64,000 nucleotides of DNA from Candidatus Methanomethylophilaceae archaeon (GTDB lineage Archaea; Thermoplasmatota; Thermoplasmata; Methanomassiliicoccales; Methanomethylophilaceae), in the NCBI GenBank assembly GCA_050950505.1, contig JBMNHS010000001.1, positions 64,001-128,000 on the forward strand, given 5' to 3'. How positions within the stretch are numbered: the first letter of the stretch is position 1; each line of letters begins with the position of its first letter. The translations under genes and the position numbers were made by a program. This document shows positions 29,730 to 38,648 of this stretch, one piece after another. The notes under the pieces were generated by a model. The model searched no databases and had not been told where the DNA came from. It worked only from the letters and a program-made list of their open reading frames with translations.

Positions 29730-30587
29730 TCATTCCATACGGGGTTCGCTGTTGTCCATCAGTCTCTGATTCAGAGCCGCGGCGTCCTCGTCGGGCAGCA
29801 TCATGGTGGCGGCTTCCATCAGGGGGTGTTTGGAACCTTCGATGATTTTAATGTCGTCCAAAGTCCTGAGGCCCCACTTTTCGGCCGTCTTTTCAAGACC
29901 CAGTTTAATGTCCAGGTTGTTGGGTTCCAAAACCACTGCTTTGAAAGAGGTCTGTCCCATTTTCTTTGCGGCCATCACTCTGTGGTGTCCGTCGACAACA
30001 AGATAACCGTTCCTTCTCTGAATGGCGATGATTGGTTCGTTGAGGCCGCGTTTGATTTCGTACTGCCTTCCGATGAGTTCGTCCATGTAAACTTCCTTCT
30101 GGGAAGGCAAGAGTCTGTTCATGGGAATGTCCCGGTTCACGATTTTCATTCTGATGTTGTTCTGCTGCTCAAGGAAATTCTTGACCATCATCACTTTGCC
30201 CGGTCGGGATTTTTCGATTTGGGATCTCACGATGTCTATGTTTGAGATTATCCCCACGAGTTTTCTGTTCTCATCCACCACCGGCAGATTCCTGAGCCCG
30301 TATCTGAAAAGAATCCTCGTGGCGTCTTCGATGGCCATGGACGGAACGGCACACAGAGTACCCCGGTTCATGACTTCCCGCATCTTCGCATCGGGGGTAT
30401 CGATGTGTTTCAGAAGTTCTTTGGCGGTGATGAACCCCAGCAGATATCCGTTTTCGGCAATGGGAAAACCGTGAAAACTCGATGAGATTATCTTCTCCCT
30501 GACCTCTCTGACGGTCATGCTGGGGGATACGGTCAAAACGTCCCTGATCATATATTCTGCAACTACGGGTCCAGTCAATTCATCCAC
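29730..30587 (-). CDS. CBS-pair protein fused to a ParB/Srx-like domain
   Basis: Two CBS domains (GFPI.ENG.LLGFIT, LPVVDE..KLVGIIS..DI) followed by L.PSQ...EPII...LVVDGHHR. Confidence 0.88.
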   Translation of the reverse strand: MDELTGPVVAEYMIRDVLTVSPSMTVREVREKIISSSFHGFPIAENGYLLGFITAKELLKHIDTPDAKMREVMNRGTLCAVPSMAIEDATRILFRYGLRNLPVVDENRKLVGIISNIDIVRSQIEKSRPGKVMMVKNFLEQQNNIRMKIVNRDIPMNRLLPSQKEVYMDELIGRQYEIKRGLNEPIIAIQRRNGYLVVDGHHRVMAAKKMGQTSFKAVVLEPNNLDIKLGLEKTAEKWGLRTLDDIKIIEGSKHPLMEAATMMLPDEDAAALNQRLMDNSEPRME

Positions 30588-30700
30588 TCCGGAACGGGTA
30601 TGTACGGATACAGAACATTAAACTTATGAGGTTATCTGGCCGCACAGGCCGAAATCGTCTGATAACCTTATATATTGTTTCATATTTATGAGTCAATTAC

Positions 30701-30776
30701 GCCCCGGTAGTGTAGTGGCCTATCATGGAGCCCTGTCGAGGCTCCGACCCGGATTCAAATTCCGGCCGGGGCGCCA
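30701..30776 (+). tRNA. tRNA-Asp (GTC)
   Basis: Acceptor GCCCCGG/CCGGGGC, anticodon arm GAGCC-CTGTCGA-GGCTC, T arm CCGGA-TTCAAAT-TCCGG, encoded CCA. Confidence 0.95.
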
Positions 30777-30790
30777 CTTTTACACAAATT

Positions 30791-31585
30791 TCATGATTGT
30801 TGGCTGTTTGTCGCCGACCCGTACATCAAAACCATGTTTTTGCCGGTTTTCGGATCCTTCGTCAATTCGGCTTCAACATTGAACACCGTGCGCATGTTTT
30901 CCGAAGTGAGGACATCTTCCGTTTTCCCCATATCATGAATTTTGTGATTGTGGATCATCATTATTCTGTCGCAGTACCGGGCGGCCATCGATAAATCGTG
31001 AGACACTATCACCACGGTGAGTCCTTCTTCTTTGGACAGGGCGTGAATCAAATCCAGTATGTCGAACTGCGCGCTTATGTCCAAATGCAGCGTGGGTTCG
31101 TCCATCAGCAATATTTTCGGAGTCTGGGCGAGGGCCCTCGCAATGATTACTTTCTGCCGTTCTCCGCCGCTCATGGTGTTGATGTACCGTTCCGCCATAT
31201 TGGAAATTCCGGCCTTTTCGATGGCGTCGTCGATTATTGCTATGTCGTCATAGGAATCTCCCTGAAACGCTTCCTGGAAGGGCATTCTTCCCATGGAAAC
31301 TATTTCCCTCACGGTAAACGAGAATTTGATTTCGTTGGTTTGAGGTATAACGGCAATTTCCCGGGCGATTTCTTTCTTTTTCAGATCTTCCAGATCCGTG
31401 TCGTGAATCATCACGCATCCCCCTTTGGGACGGAGATTTTTGTTCAGGTTGCCCAACAGAGTGGTTTTTCCGCAACCGTTGGGGCCGATGATTCCCAGGA
31501 TCTCCCCCTGAACGAGATCGAAATTTATGTTTTCCAGCACCGGTTTTTCTTTGTAACTGTAACTGAGGTCTTTTGTGCGCAACAT
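30791..31585 (-). CDS. ABC transporter ATP-binding protein (BtuD/FecE type)
   Basis: GPNGCGKTT, MSGGERQK, LMDEPT, SHDL; true start ATG 31585. Confidence 0.93.
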   Translation of the reverse strand: MLRTKDLSYSYKEKPVLENINFDLVQGEILGIIGPNGCGKTTLLGNLNKNLRPKGGCVMIHDTDLEDLKKKEIAREIAVIPQTNEIKFSFTVREIVSMGRMPFQEAFQGDSYDDIAIIDDAIEKAGISNMAERYINTMSGGERQKVIIARALAQTPKILLMDEPTLHLDISAQFDILDLIHALSKEEGLTVVIVSHDLSMAARYCDRIMMIHNHKIHDMGKTEDVLTSENMRTVFNVEAELTKDPKTGKNMVLMYGSATNSQQS

Positions 31586-32595
31586 CACCAACCGACCTCC
31601 CTCTTCCGCCTGCGGAGCAGGTATATGAAGTACGGAGCGCCGATGAGGGCCGTCAGTATGCCGACGGGCAACACGCCCAACGACTGAGCGATTATGTGGG
31701 CAAGGTAATCGCATCCCACCAGAAACACCCCTCCCGCCAGGAAGGAAATCGGAATCAGGGTCCGGTTGTCCGGGCCTATGAGAATTCTCATGATGTGGGG
31801 TATGACCAAGCCGACAAAACCTATGGTTCCCACAAAACACACGGCGGCGGCGGTAAGCATCGAAACGAAAACCAGCAGAGTGAGTCTTACTTTCTTCACA
31901 TCCACGCCCAGATTCATGGCGTGGGCGTCACCCATCATCATGGCGTTGATTTCTTTGGAATAATACGTTGCGACGGAGACTCCGATTGCCACCAAGGGTA
32001 TCACGATCATGATTTCCGTCCATCTCACTCCGGAAAGGCTGCCCATTCCCCAGAAGACTATGTCGGCGAGTTTCTCGCCCGCCATATACGTCAGCAGAGA
32101 CACCAGGGCCTGCAACAGGGCGCCGACGGCAATACCCGCAAGAAGCAAAGTTTCCATATGGGTTTCGTTGCCGACTCTGGCAAGTCTGTAAACCAGCAAC
32201 ATCGTTCCCATGCAGGCTATGAAGGCAAACAGAGGAACGGTCAGCATCAGGGCGGTGGAGGTTGCGACGAACATCATCGCGGTTGCGGCGCCCAAGGACG
32301 CTCCCGAAGAAAGACCGAGGATATACGGCGAAGCCATGGGATTTCTGAAAAGAGCCTGCATGACGGCACCGGAAACGGCCAACGCGCCTCCCACGAGCAG
32401 ACCCATGACGACTCGGGTGGCGTTGATGTCCACCACAATCGTGCGGTATGTGCTGTTTTTGACGAAAATAGCGGTCAGAACTTCTTCAAAGGACAGCCAC
32501 CACAACGGTGCGTATATCAATTCCAGATAAGCGAAGACGGCAAAAGCGGCGACTAAAACCGCTACGGTGAGAGCCACTTTTGTTTTCTTGTCCAT
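31585..32595 (-). CDS. BtuC/FecCD-family permease
   Basis: FRNPMASPYILG.SSGA, WGMGSL, GD.HA..LGV, GTIGFVGLVIPH. Confidence 0.93.
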   Translation of the reverse strand: MDKKTKVALTVAVLVAAFAVFAYLELIYAPLWWLSFEEVLTAIFVKNSTYRTIVVDINATRVVMGLLVGGALAVSGAVMQALFRNPMASPYILGLSSGASLGAATAMMFVATSTALMLTVPLFAFIACMGTMLLVYRLARVGNETHMETLLLAGIAVGALLQALVSLLTYMAGEKLADIVFWGMGSLSGVRWTEIMIVIPLVAIGVSVATYYSKEINAMMMGDAHAMNLGVDVKKVRLTLLVFVSMLTAAAVCFVGTIGFVGLVIPHIMRILIGPDNRTLIPISFLAGGVFLVGCDYLAHIIAQSLGVLPVGILTALIGAPYFIYLLRRRKREVGW

Positions 32596-32660
32596 CGTCC
32601 GGAATCTCCTGTGAATAAAAAGACGGTAAGATGTTTGTTTTAAATCTTTTTAAACTCCGA

Positions 32661-33725
32661 TCAGGGTTTTCTCATGACGAACAGTCCGATCAGCACTATG
32701 ATGAACATGGCACCGGCGGTCAGGATCTTCTCGCTGTTTATGTAGAAAATATCCATCACGGATTGGGTGTGGTCGTATTCCTCAATCATCGCATCCGAAA
32801 CCACGGTCAGTCCTTCAGCCGCGGAAGGACAGTAATTGTTCCAGTCGGCATCCATTTTTATGACGACGATGGAGGCGGTTCTGAGAACGTTCTTCTGGAA
32901 CTCTTTTTCGGACATCGGATAGTTTCCGTCAAGGAATATCACGTCCGGGTTGAGCTGCAGAATCAGGGATGCTTCGGCCTCGTAGTAATTGGCGGACACG
33001 TTGGAATTGTATCCTATGTTGTTTCCGCCCGCCAATTCAATCATGCTGACGGCTATCCCTTTGTTGTAGACTCTGAGCTTGCCCTGATATTCGTTTACGT
33101 ACATTGCGTTGACTTTGTTCTCATCGTCGATTTCACCGGCTCTGTCCGTGGCGAGGTCGAAAGCGTCATACATTTTTTCCAGGGCCTCGGCGGATTCCTT
33201 TCCGATCAGAATTGCGATGTTTTCCACAATGTCCAGCACTTCGTTGTAAGTGTAGGCACCGAAACAGAGAACTTTGAATCCGTCGGCTTCCAGCATTTCT
33301 CTGGTGCCTCCGGCCGCTATGGTTCCGGAATAGTCGTTAATGATGATTACGTCGGTATCGAGGTTGAATTTACCGCTCTGCTCCACCTGAACCATGGTGC
33401 TGTAAATGTAATCCTTATTCGTCGAATAGGAAGAACCCGCGTTCACGGCTTCGATTCCCGATTCCTTTGCAAAATCGTCGGAATAGGAATCGTAAGCGAC
33501 TATCATGTCTTTGCCGCCGAGTTCAACGACGGTTTTCGTGAATCCGTATCCCAGTGTGGCCACCTTTTCGGCGGGGGCGTCCAAAGTCAGCGTGTAGCCC
33601 GTTGAGTCGGTGACGGTGATTGAGTCCGCGTATGCGTCGTCGATGTTCACTGCAAACCCGAAGGCCGAGAATATGAATACCGCGGCGATTGACGCTACGG
33701 TTACACTTTTGAAAATGTTGTTCAT
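32661..33725 (-). CDS. BtuF-like substrate-binding protein with C-terminal TM anchor
   Basis: Signal peptide, ITVTDSTG..LTLD.PAEKV, MIELAGG.N, LNPDVI; hydrophobic C-terminus followed by RK. Confidence 0.85.
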   Translation of the reverse strand: MNNIFKSVTVASIAAVFIFSAFGFAVNIDDAYADSITVTDSTGYTLTLDAPAEKVATLGYGFTKTVVELGGKDMIVAYDSYSDDFAKESGIEAVNAGSSYSTNKDYIYSTMVQVEQSGKFNLDTDVIIINDYSGTIAAGGTREMLEADGFKVLCFGAYTYNEVLDIVENIAILIGKESAEALEKMYDAFDLATDRAGEIDDENKVNAMYVNEYQGKLRVYNKGIAVSMIELAGGNNIGYNSNVSANYYEAEASLILQLNPDVIFLDGNYPMSEKEFQKNVLRTASIVVIKMDADWNNYCPSAAEGLTVVSDAMIEEYDHTQSVMDIFYINSEKILTAGAMFIIVLIGLFVMRKP

Positions 33726-33869
33726 GGTATCAAAAAAACATAATTCTTACTGACTACTTATGCGTTATTATTAAAAAAGTAATACTCAGGAGGTTTTACG
33801 ACAAACGGCGTACGATATATTCGCACAGGAAGGGAAAGTATCTTTAATCAGTAAAGTCGAATCGGGTTC

Positions 33870-34208
33870 ATGCGTTGGATGCTGAGAGGCAAGATTCACC
33901 GCGCTACGGTAACGGATGCCAACCTGGATTACGAAGGCAGCATCACCATAGACGGGGAACTTCTTGATTCCGCAGGCCTGTGGGAAGGCGAAAAGGTTAC
34001 CATAGCCGACATCACCAACGGAAACCGCTTCGAAACTTACACCATACGCGGAGAGGACGGATCCGGTGAAATTTGCATAAACGGTGCCGCCGCACATCTG
34101 TGCAAGAAAGGCGATTTGGTAATAATCATGGGATATGAGCTTACCGACAGGCCCATCAAGGCGACCGTCGTCCTTGTGGATGAATCGAACAAGCCGGTGA
34201 GGGGTTGA
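33870..34208 (+). CDS. panD: Aspartate 1-decarboxylase (pyruvoyl-dependent)
   Basis: [18 protein letters not shown] (G-S self-cleavage site), [16 protein letters not shown]. Confidence 0.95.
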   Translation: MRWMLRGKIHRATVTDANLDYEGSITIDGELLDSAGLWEGEKVTIADITNGNRFETYTIRGEDGSGEICINGAAAHLCKKGDLVIIMGYELTDRPIKATVVLVDESNKPVRG

Positions 34209-34612
34209 TTCTGAGGATTTATTCCGACGGGGGTTCCAGGGGAAACCCGGGGCCTTCCGCTTACGGGGTGGTAGTTACCGAAGGCAGTAAGGTCATTCAC
34301 GAAGAGTCCGGATTTTTAGGCAGGATGACGAACAACCAAGCCGAGTACCGAGGACTCATCGCGGGAATAGGCAAAGCCCTGGAACTGGGCGCGGAAGAGG
34401 CAGAGTTCATTATGGATTCCCAGCTTGTCATCAAACAGATGAGGGGGGAATACAGAGTGAAGGCTCCCGGCCTCGTTGAATTGCACAATGACGCAAAAAA
34501 CCTGAGTTCACTGATTCCGAAAGTGAAATTCATCAACGTACGCCGTCACGAACTTTTGATTCCGAGAGCCGATGAGCTCGTCAATGCCGAACTGGACAGA
34601 CATCAGGATTGA
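34205..34612 (+). CDS. rnhA: Ribonuclease HI family protein
   Basis: [30 protein letters not shown]; TTG start overlapping the panD stop. Confidence 0.9.
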   Translation: MILRIYSDGGSRGNPGPSAYGVVVTEGSKVIHEESGFLGRMTNNQAEYRGLIAGIGKALELGAEEAEFIMDSQLVIKQMRGEYRVKAPGLVELHNDAKNLSSLIPKVKFINVRRHELLIPRADELVNAELDRHQD

Positions 34613-35850
34613 ATTCTGCCGATAAGTTCCGAAATGGGAACAAGAGTTTGTTCGCCGGAGGACATGTCCCTCAGCGTGACCGAATCGGATTCCAGTTCCT
34701 TTGTGCCCACAATCACGGCCTGCCGGGCGCCCACGGATGAAGCATGCTTCATCGCTTTGCCCATTTTTCTTCCCATAATGTCGGTGTCGCAGGAAATTCC
34801 GGCTTTTCTCAGCATGGCGGTGATTTCCGCGGCTTCGGAACGGACGTCGTCCGAAACCGGAACCACGTAAGCGTCGATTCCTTCGTTTTCGTATTCCAAT
34901 CCTTCTTTTTCCAAGGCAAGAAGAATTCTGTCAAAACCTATCGCGAATCCCGTGGAAAACACGTCTTCCCCTCCGAAAAGTTCCGATAATGAATAGGAAC
35001 CTCCTCCGAGAATCTGTTTTTCGGCTCCCAAAGCGGGGGCTTCGGCTTCGAAAACCACGCCGGTGTAATAATCCAATCCCCTGACTACGCCCAAATCGAT
35101 GTCAAAGTCTTCGATGCCCATTGCGGTCAGACGGGAAACCAAAGATCTCAGATAGTCTCCCGCATCGCCGGGGACTCTGTCCAGAACTTCGATTCCGCCG
35201 ACGGTATCGGTGAATTCGAAAATTCCGTCCATGACCTCCCGGTCAACTCCGGCGGCTTCCATCAACGGAACGGCTTCTTCGTAAGCTTTCTTGTCAAGTT
35301 TCTGAAGAATTTCCGCCAGGTTTCCGTCAGGTATGCCGGCCTCTTTCAGTTTCTGTCTGAGAACCCCTATGTGTCCCACCTTCAGCCTGAAATCTTTCAG
35401 ACCGAGTTCTTCGATCATCGCCGCCGCGAGGGCTATCGCTTCCGCATCGGTGTCCGGAGTCGCCGAACCTATGAGTTCGGCCCCGAACTGGAAGAATTCC
35501 CGGTATCTGCCGCTCTGCGGCCGTTCATATCTGAAACACTGGCCGAAGTAAAACAGCTTGATGGGCTTGGGATCGTTGCTCATGCTGTTCACGAACATTC
35601 TGATCGTGGGCGCCGTCAGTTCGGGACGGAGGGCTATCTCACGGTCCCCTTTGTCCCTGAAAGCATAAAGTTCGTCCACGATGTTGGGTCCGCTTCTCAA
35701 TATGAACAGTTCGGAATCTTCAAAAATCGGCGTGGCCGTTTCTCTGAATCCGAATCTTTTCGCGACGGACCTGAGCTTTCCCTCATAGTGTCTGCGTCTT
35801 TCCATTTCGTCCGGAAGAAAATCCCTTGTGCCGCGTGGACGTTGGATCAT
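34603..35850 (-). CDS. hisS: Histidine--tRNA ligase
   Basis: PRGTRDF, LRPELT, FRYERPQ.GRYREF.Q, RGLDYYTG. Confidence 0.97.
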   Translation of the reverse strand: MIQRPRGTRDFLPDEMERRRHYEGKLRSVAKRFGFRETATPIFEDSELFILRSGPNIVDELYAFRDKGDREIALRPELTAPTIRMFVNSMSNDPKPIKLFYFGQCFRYERPQSGRYREFFQFGAELIGSATPDTDAEAIALAAAMIEELGLKDFRLKVGHIGVLRQKLKEAGIPDGNLAEILQKLDKKAYEEAVPLMEAAGVDREVMDGIFEFTDTVGGIEVLDRVPGDAGDYLRSLVSRLTAMGIEDFDIDLGVVRGLDYYTGVVFEAEAPALGAEKQILGGGSYSLSELFGGEDVFSTGFAIGFDRILLALEKEGLEYENEGIDAYVVPVSDDVRSEAAEITAMLRKAGISCDTDIMGRKMGKAMKHASSVGARQAVIVGTKELESDSVTLRDMSSGEQTLVPISELIGRIQS

Positions 35851-35962
35851 AATAATCGCTTATACGGAAATTGATAATAAACGTGTTGTTCGGATTTTGA
35901 CCGGATTCCGATTCCGATATCAAAGAAAATATTGAAGTAAATGGTTTGAAAAGATCGATCAA

Positions 35963-36190
35963 TCACTTCTTTGTCAGATAAAACGAGAGAACGATCGCCG
36001 AAAGAACTATCACCGAAGCGAAGGCCAAATCGAAAACTTCCACAACGTATTCGGTCTCTTCTTCGGCATCGTCGTCAGGGTCCGCCGCATACGCTTCGTC
36101 CGTCACGTCTCCGATTGCCCCGAATACGAGCAACGAAAGCACCGCGGCCGAGAACATCATGAGTGCTACTTTGTTTTTGTTCATAGTCAT
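35963..36190 (-). CDS. Small membrane protein (signal peptide, acidic stretch, C-terminal TM)
   Basis: KNK plus hydrophobic core, DEAYA cleavage-like motif, D/E-rich linker, TM helix ending KK. Confidence 0.6.
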   Translation of the reverse strand: MTMNKNKVALMMFSAAVLSLLVFGAIGDVTDEAYAADPDDDAEEETEYVVEVFDLAFASVIVLSAIVLSFYLTKK

Positions 36191-36257
36191 CCATACCTTC
36201 AGGGTATTATATTACTGTGGATAGAAGTGTCTGAATTTAAACGCAACGTTTCGGAAT

Positions 36258-37358
36258 TCACCTTTTCACGATGATTGTAACGATATCCTCGTCTTCGACC
36301 ACGTGATCCATTCCCACGGTCTGCCCCGGGAATTTTGCGCTTTTCCCCCATACCATCGCATACCGGAACTGGTTCCTGAAATCCCTGTGAATCTGTTCGC
36401 AGACGTCACCTATCGTATTGCCCCTTTTGACAATAAGGGGAATTTCCATGTCCGCTTCCTGTCCCTGAGGTTTCAGATAGACACGGATCATGTCTATGGT
36501 TTCATACAAAGCCTGTTTCAGTTCTTCGATGCCGTATCCCGTGACCGCGGACACCGGCACAAGATGGAAATCCTTGTGAGTTTCCAGAACCGCTTCCAAT
36601 TGCCCCGGAATCGCCATATCCACTTTGTTCACCGCCATCATGGATTTGATGTACACCCGGTTTCCGGAAAGAACGTCAAGCATCTGCTCCACGTCAATGT
36701 CCTCACGGACGACTACGGTTGCGTTTATGTGACCGTAGGCTATGGTCATGTCCCGGACTATCTCTTCGGTAATCTTGGTGAGTTTCAGCGTGGGTTTGAC
36801 CACCACTCCGCCCTGTGAAGAATGGGTTATCACCACGTCGGGGGCTCTCTGATCCAGACGTATCCCCGAATCGTAAAGTTCCTTGAACAGGACTTCGATG
36901 TTGGGGTTGAATATATCGATGACGAACAGAATGACATCCGAAGCTCTGGCCGCCGCTATGACTTCACGTCCGCGACCCTTTCCCCGGGATGCGTCTTTGA
37001 TCAGACCGGGCATGTCCAGAATCTGTATTCTGGCATGATTGTATTCCAACACGCCCGGAACGATGTCCAGCGTCGTGAAGTGGTAAGCGCCCGTCTCCGA
37101 CTTGGCTCCCGTGAGCTTGTTGAGCAAGGTTGATTTACCTACCGAAGGGAATCCTATCAGCGCGACGGTGGAATCCCCCGCTTTTTTGACATAGAATCCT
37201 TTGGTGTTGCCTTTTTTGGAGCGTCTCTTCTCCGCTTCTTCGGTAAGTTTGGCTATTTTGGCCTTAAGCTTGCCTATATGAGCTTGGGTGGCTTTGTTAT
37301 ACTTTGTGTTGGAGATTTCCTCTTCCAATTCTTTTATCTGTTCTTCAATGGTTGCCAC
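36258..37358 (-). CDS. drg: DRG/OBG-family GTPase with TGS domain
   Basis: NKAT..HIG.LKAK, GFPSVGKST, FTTL, DMPG, NKVD, C-terminal TGS (WG.SAKF.GQ.VG). Confidence 0.93.
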   Translation of the reverse strand: MATIEEQIKELEEEISNTKYNKATQAHIGKLKAKIAKLTEEAEKRRSKKGNTKGFYVKKAGDSTVALIGFPSVGKSTLLNKLTGAKSETGAYHFTTLDIVPGVLEYNHARIQILDMPGLIKDASRGKGRGREVIAAARASDVILFVIDIFNPNIEVLFKELYDSGIRLDQRAPDVVITHSSQGGVVVKPTLKLTKITEEIVRDMTIAYGHINATVVVREDIDVEQMLDVLSGNRVYIKSMMAVNKVDMAIPGQLEAVLETHKDFHLVPVSAVTGYGIEELKQALYETIDMIRVYLKPQGQEADMEIPLIVKRGNTIGDVCEQIHRDFRNQFRYAMVWGKSAKFPGQTVGMDHVVEDEDIVTIIVKR

Positions 37359-37471
37359 TTGCAGATCGTTCCTCTGATTGCCCCTTGATGTTTAAAGGTT
37401 ATATTAGTTTTGGCAAATCCGAGAGAATATTTCTAGATACTTTTTAATCAGAGAATAGGTTACATTGCCTG

Positions 37472-38587
37472 ATGGTCGGAAATAAACCGGATTTCATGAT
37501 TAATTCTGAAAAGAAAACAAAGCTGAACAACAGGCAGGTATTGGGACTGGGTTTCGGTATTCTGATACCGCTTTGGCTGCTGGTGTCCGGTTATTTCAGA
37601 TATTTGGGCGTGTTGTGGATGATAATTCTGCCCGTCATCCTTTATTTGGGCCCCCGCATCACCAAAGTCAGGGATTTGAAATACATGATTGCCAACGGCG
37701 TGCTGTTCGCAGTCATAGCGATTCTCATCGGAGGTCTGTTCATGTCCCCGGCTTTGATCAATGACAACAACCAGTTCAGGGACGGCGGAATGTTCAAAGA
37801 TGCCGTGATAACCCCGACGGAAACAGGATATTCCGTCACGGCGGAATACACCGGTGACGACCTGACACTCACTCCCGTTGCGTTTCTGATGCAGGTGGAG
37901 ATGGCGGGATATTGGCTTCCATACGGCAAAGAAGGGGGCACTGAGACTTTTACTGGCACAATGTCCGGGAATACGGTTAGTTACGACATAACCGCAAACG
38001 ACAAGCTCTACATCATGTACTTCTACATGAACGATGACGATGGCGAAAAGGTCTCCGGATCTCAGTCGCCTTCGATGTTCCTGACAGAAAAAACCTCCTC
38101 TTCGGAATTCAACAGAGCGGTGTGGTTGGGAACCGTGTACATAGTCGGCGTCGTGGTGATTCTGTACTTGATGATTACACTGTTCACCTATGCCATAAGG
38201 TCCAAGGCCAACAAAACCAGGGACCGTATGATTGAACAGGGAAGGTTGTATCCCGACGGATACGGAAGATGCAAAGAATGCGGCGCCATCGTTCTGCCCG
38301 GGGAGATCAGCTGTCTCAAATGCGGCGCTTACATCGACGTCCCCAAAGAACTCAGACCGCACAAAGTGGATTATTTCGAATGCGAACAGTGCGGTGCCGA
38401 GGTTCCCGAAGATGCCGAAAGGTGTCCCAAATGCAATGCGGAGTTCGACGGATTCGAAGTCGAAGTGGTACGGACCGACGGCACCGTGGAAGTGGTTCAG
38501 GAAACTTTCGAATGTCCCGACTGCAAATCGGAAGTGCCGATTTCATCCAAAACCTGCCCCGTATGCGGAAGAACGTTCAGAAAATGA
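37472..38587 (+). CDS. Membrane protein with C-terminal multiple zinc ribbons
   Basis: About four TM segments, then six CxxC pairs (CKEC, CLKC, CEQC, CPKC, CPDC, CPVC). Confidence 0.8.
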   Translation: MVGNKPDFMINSEKKTKLNNRQVLGLGFGILIPLWLLVSGYFRYLGVLWMIILPVILYLGPRITKVRDLKYMIANGVLFAVIAILIGGLFMSPALINDNNQFRDGGMFKDAVITPTETGYSVTAEYTGDDLTLTPVAFLMQVEMAGYWLPYGKEGGTETFTGTMSGNTVSYDITANDKLYIMYFYMNDDDGEKVSGSQSPSMFLTEKTSSSEFNRAVWLGTVYIVGVVVILYLMITLFTYAIRSKANKTRDRMIEQGRLYPDGYGRCKECGAIVLPGEISCLKCGAYIDVPKELRPHKVDYFECEQCGAEVPEDAERCPKCNAEFDGFEVEVVRTDGTVEVVQETFECPDCKSEVPISSKTCPVCGRTFRK

Positions 38588-38648
38588 ATCCTTACGGGAC
38601 ATAAACACTGATAAAGATTAAAAGTGAATCAGTCATTCAAAGGTTCGG

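Noticed and set aside
33744-33785. NikR-like site upstream of the SBP at 33725
   Set aside because: Only one good half-site (GTAATAC), with no partner at 13-bp spacing
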